This document shows positions 53,116 to 64,000 of a DNA stretch of 64,000 nt, one piece after another. This DNA is from Octopus bimaculoides (lineage: Eukaryota), in NCBI RefSeq assembly GCF_001194135.2, contig NC_068999.1:47447571-47511570 (forward strand), given 5' to 3'. Position numbers and translations under genes: made by a program. Numbering within the stretch: position 1 is the first letter of the stretch; each line of letters starts with the position of its first letter. The notes below the pieces were generated by a model. The model was not told the origin of the DNA and did not search any database. It saw only the letters and a list, made by a program, of their open reading frames with translations.

Positions 53116-53803
53116 ATNNNNNNNNNNNNNNNNNNNNNNNNNNNNNNNNNNNNNNNNNNNNNNNNNNNNNNNNNNNNNNNNNNNNNNNNNNNNNNNNNNN
53201 NNNNNNNNNNNNNNNNNNNNNNNNNNNNNNNNNNNNNNNNNNNNNNNNNNNNNNNNNNNNNNNNNNNNNNNNNNNNNNNNNNNNNNNNNNNNNNNNNNNN
53301 NNNNNNNNNNNNNNNNNNNNNNNNNNNNNNNNNNNNNNNNNNNNNNNNNNNNNNNNNNNNNNNNNNNNNNNNNNNNNNNNNNNNNNNNNNNNNNNNNNNN
53401 NNNNNNNNNNNNNNNNNNNNNNNNNNNNNNNNNNNNNNNNNNNNNNNNNNNNNNNNNNNNNNNNNNNNNNNNNNNNNNNNNNNNNNNNNNNNNNNNNNNN
53501 NNNNNNNNNNNNNNNNNNNNNNNNNNNNNNNNNNNNNNNNNNNNNNNNNNNNNNNNNNNNNNNNNNNNNNNNNNNNNNNNNNNNNNNNNNNNNNNNNNNN
53601 NNNNNNNNNNNNNNNNNNNAAAAAAATAAAAAGATATCCATGTTTGGAAATATAATAATTTAACAGATGTAAATGTTATTAATATTATGTATTTTTCCCT
53701 AATAAATATTTAATTATTTGTCAATTATAACATATTTGTTATTTTGTGGTCAAAACCGCCTTTTGTTCAAAATATAAAATTTTTTCTAACAATCTTAATT
53801 TAT

Positions 53804-63502
<9,699 letters not shown>

Positions 63503-63540
63503 CTGAAAATAGAAAATATAAATTCAAATGATAAAACGTT

Positions 63541-63966
63541 TATTGTTATATTTTGGGATGGTCATTTTTTTCTTTTCCGCCACACGCAGTATATATTCAT
63601 ATGCATTATATATTCGTTCTTTACTCGTTTATTATTGTTCTTATTTTATTTTATGTCCATTGCCCGGAAATCTTTTGTCACACGTCTGTGACCTCTTCAG
63701 CAACTCTTCCATCCATGTGCATCCTCCTGTTCTGTTTAGTCTTGTTTTAGTTCTGTTTAGAGAATGGATTAAACAGAACGGAGGTGGGGGGATACAAGTG
63801 GATGGAAGAGTCACTGAAGAGATCACAGATGTGTCATGAGAAAGATTTTCAGACAATGGACAGCAGATAAAATAAGAACAATAATAAACAAGTGAAGAAT
63901 GAACACATAAAGTGTGCTTATTTGGCAAAAAGAAAAAAAAAATGACCATCCTGAAATATAACAATA
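63541..63966. repeat. Foldback inverted repeat with ~200-bp diverged arms (MITE-like)
   Basis: 63541-~63741 is reverse-complementary to ~63767-63966, with small indels. Confidence 0.85.
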
Positions 63967-64000
63967 TCTGTTTCAAAATACGATTTCATATCAGGAATTT

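Overview
Eukaryotic, AT-rich, intron-rich scaffold with N-gaps. The SINE/MITE content suggests an octopus (coleoid cephalopod) genome; the organism is inferred. Four protein-coding genes were reconstructed by hand from splice signals and frame continuity. (1) Importin alpha-3/4 class gene (+, 3612-19022): 11 fully visible exons; the first exon is upstream of the window, one exon is probably hidden in a gap and another is mostly inside a gap. (2) A 4-exon gene absent from the ORF track in its true frame (-, 34688-28624), encoding a 105-aa protein with a Pro/Tyr/Gly-rich N-half and a His-rich C-half, with an 18-nt microexon and a TATA/Inr promoter. This is the main candidate novelty. (3) A complete ENPP4/5-like type I membrane ectonucleotide pyrophosphatase/phosphodiesterase (+, 41320-49043, 4 coding exons, 484 aa). 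(4) The 3' part of AK9 (-, 63502-53804). The remainder is dense in three SINE families, piggyBac-like and mariner-like MITEs, LINE and mariner relics, Penelope-type hammerhead motifs, several foldback inverted repeats and microsatellites.
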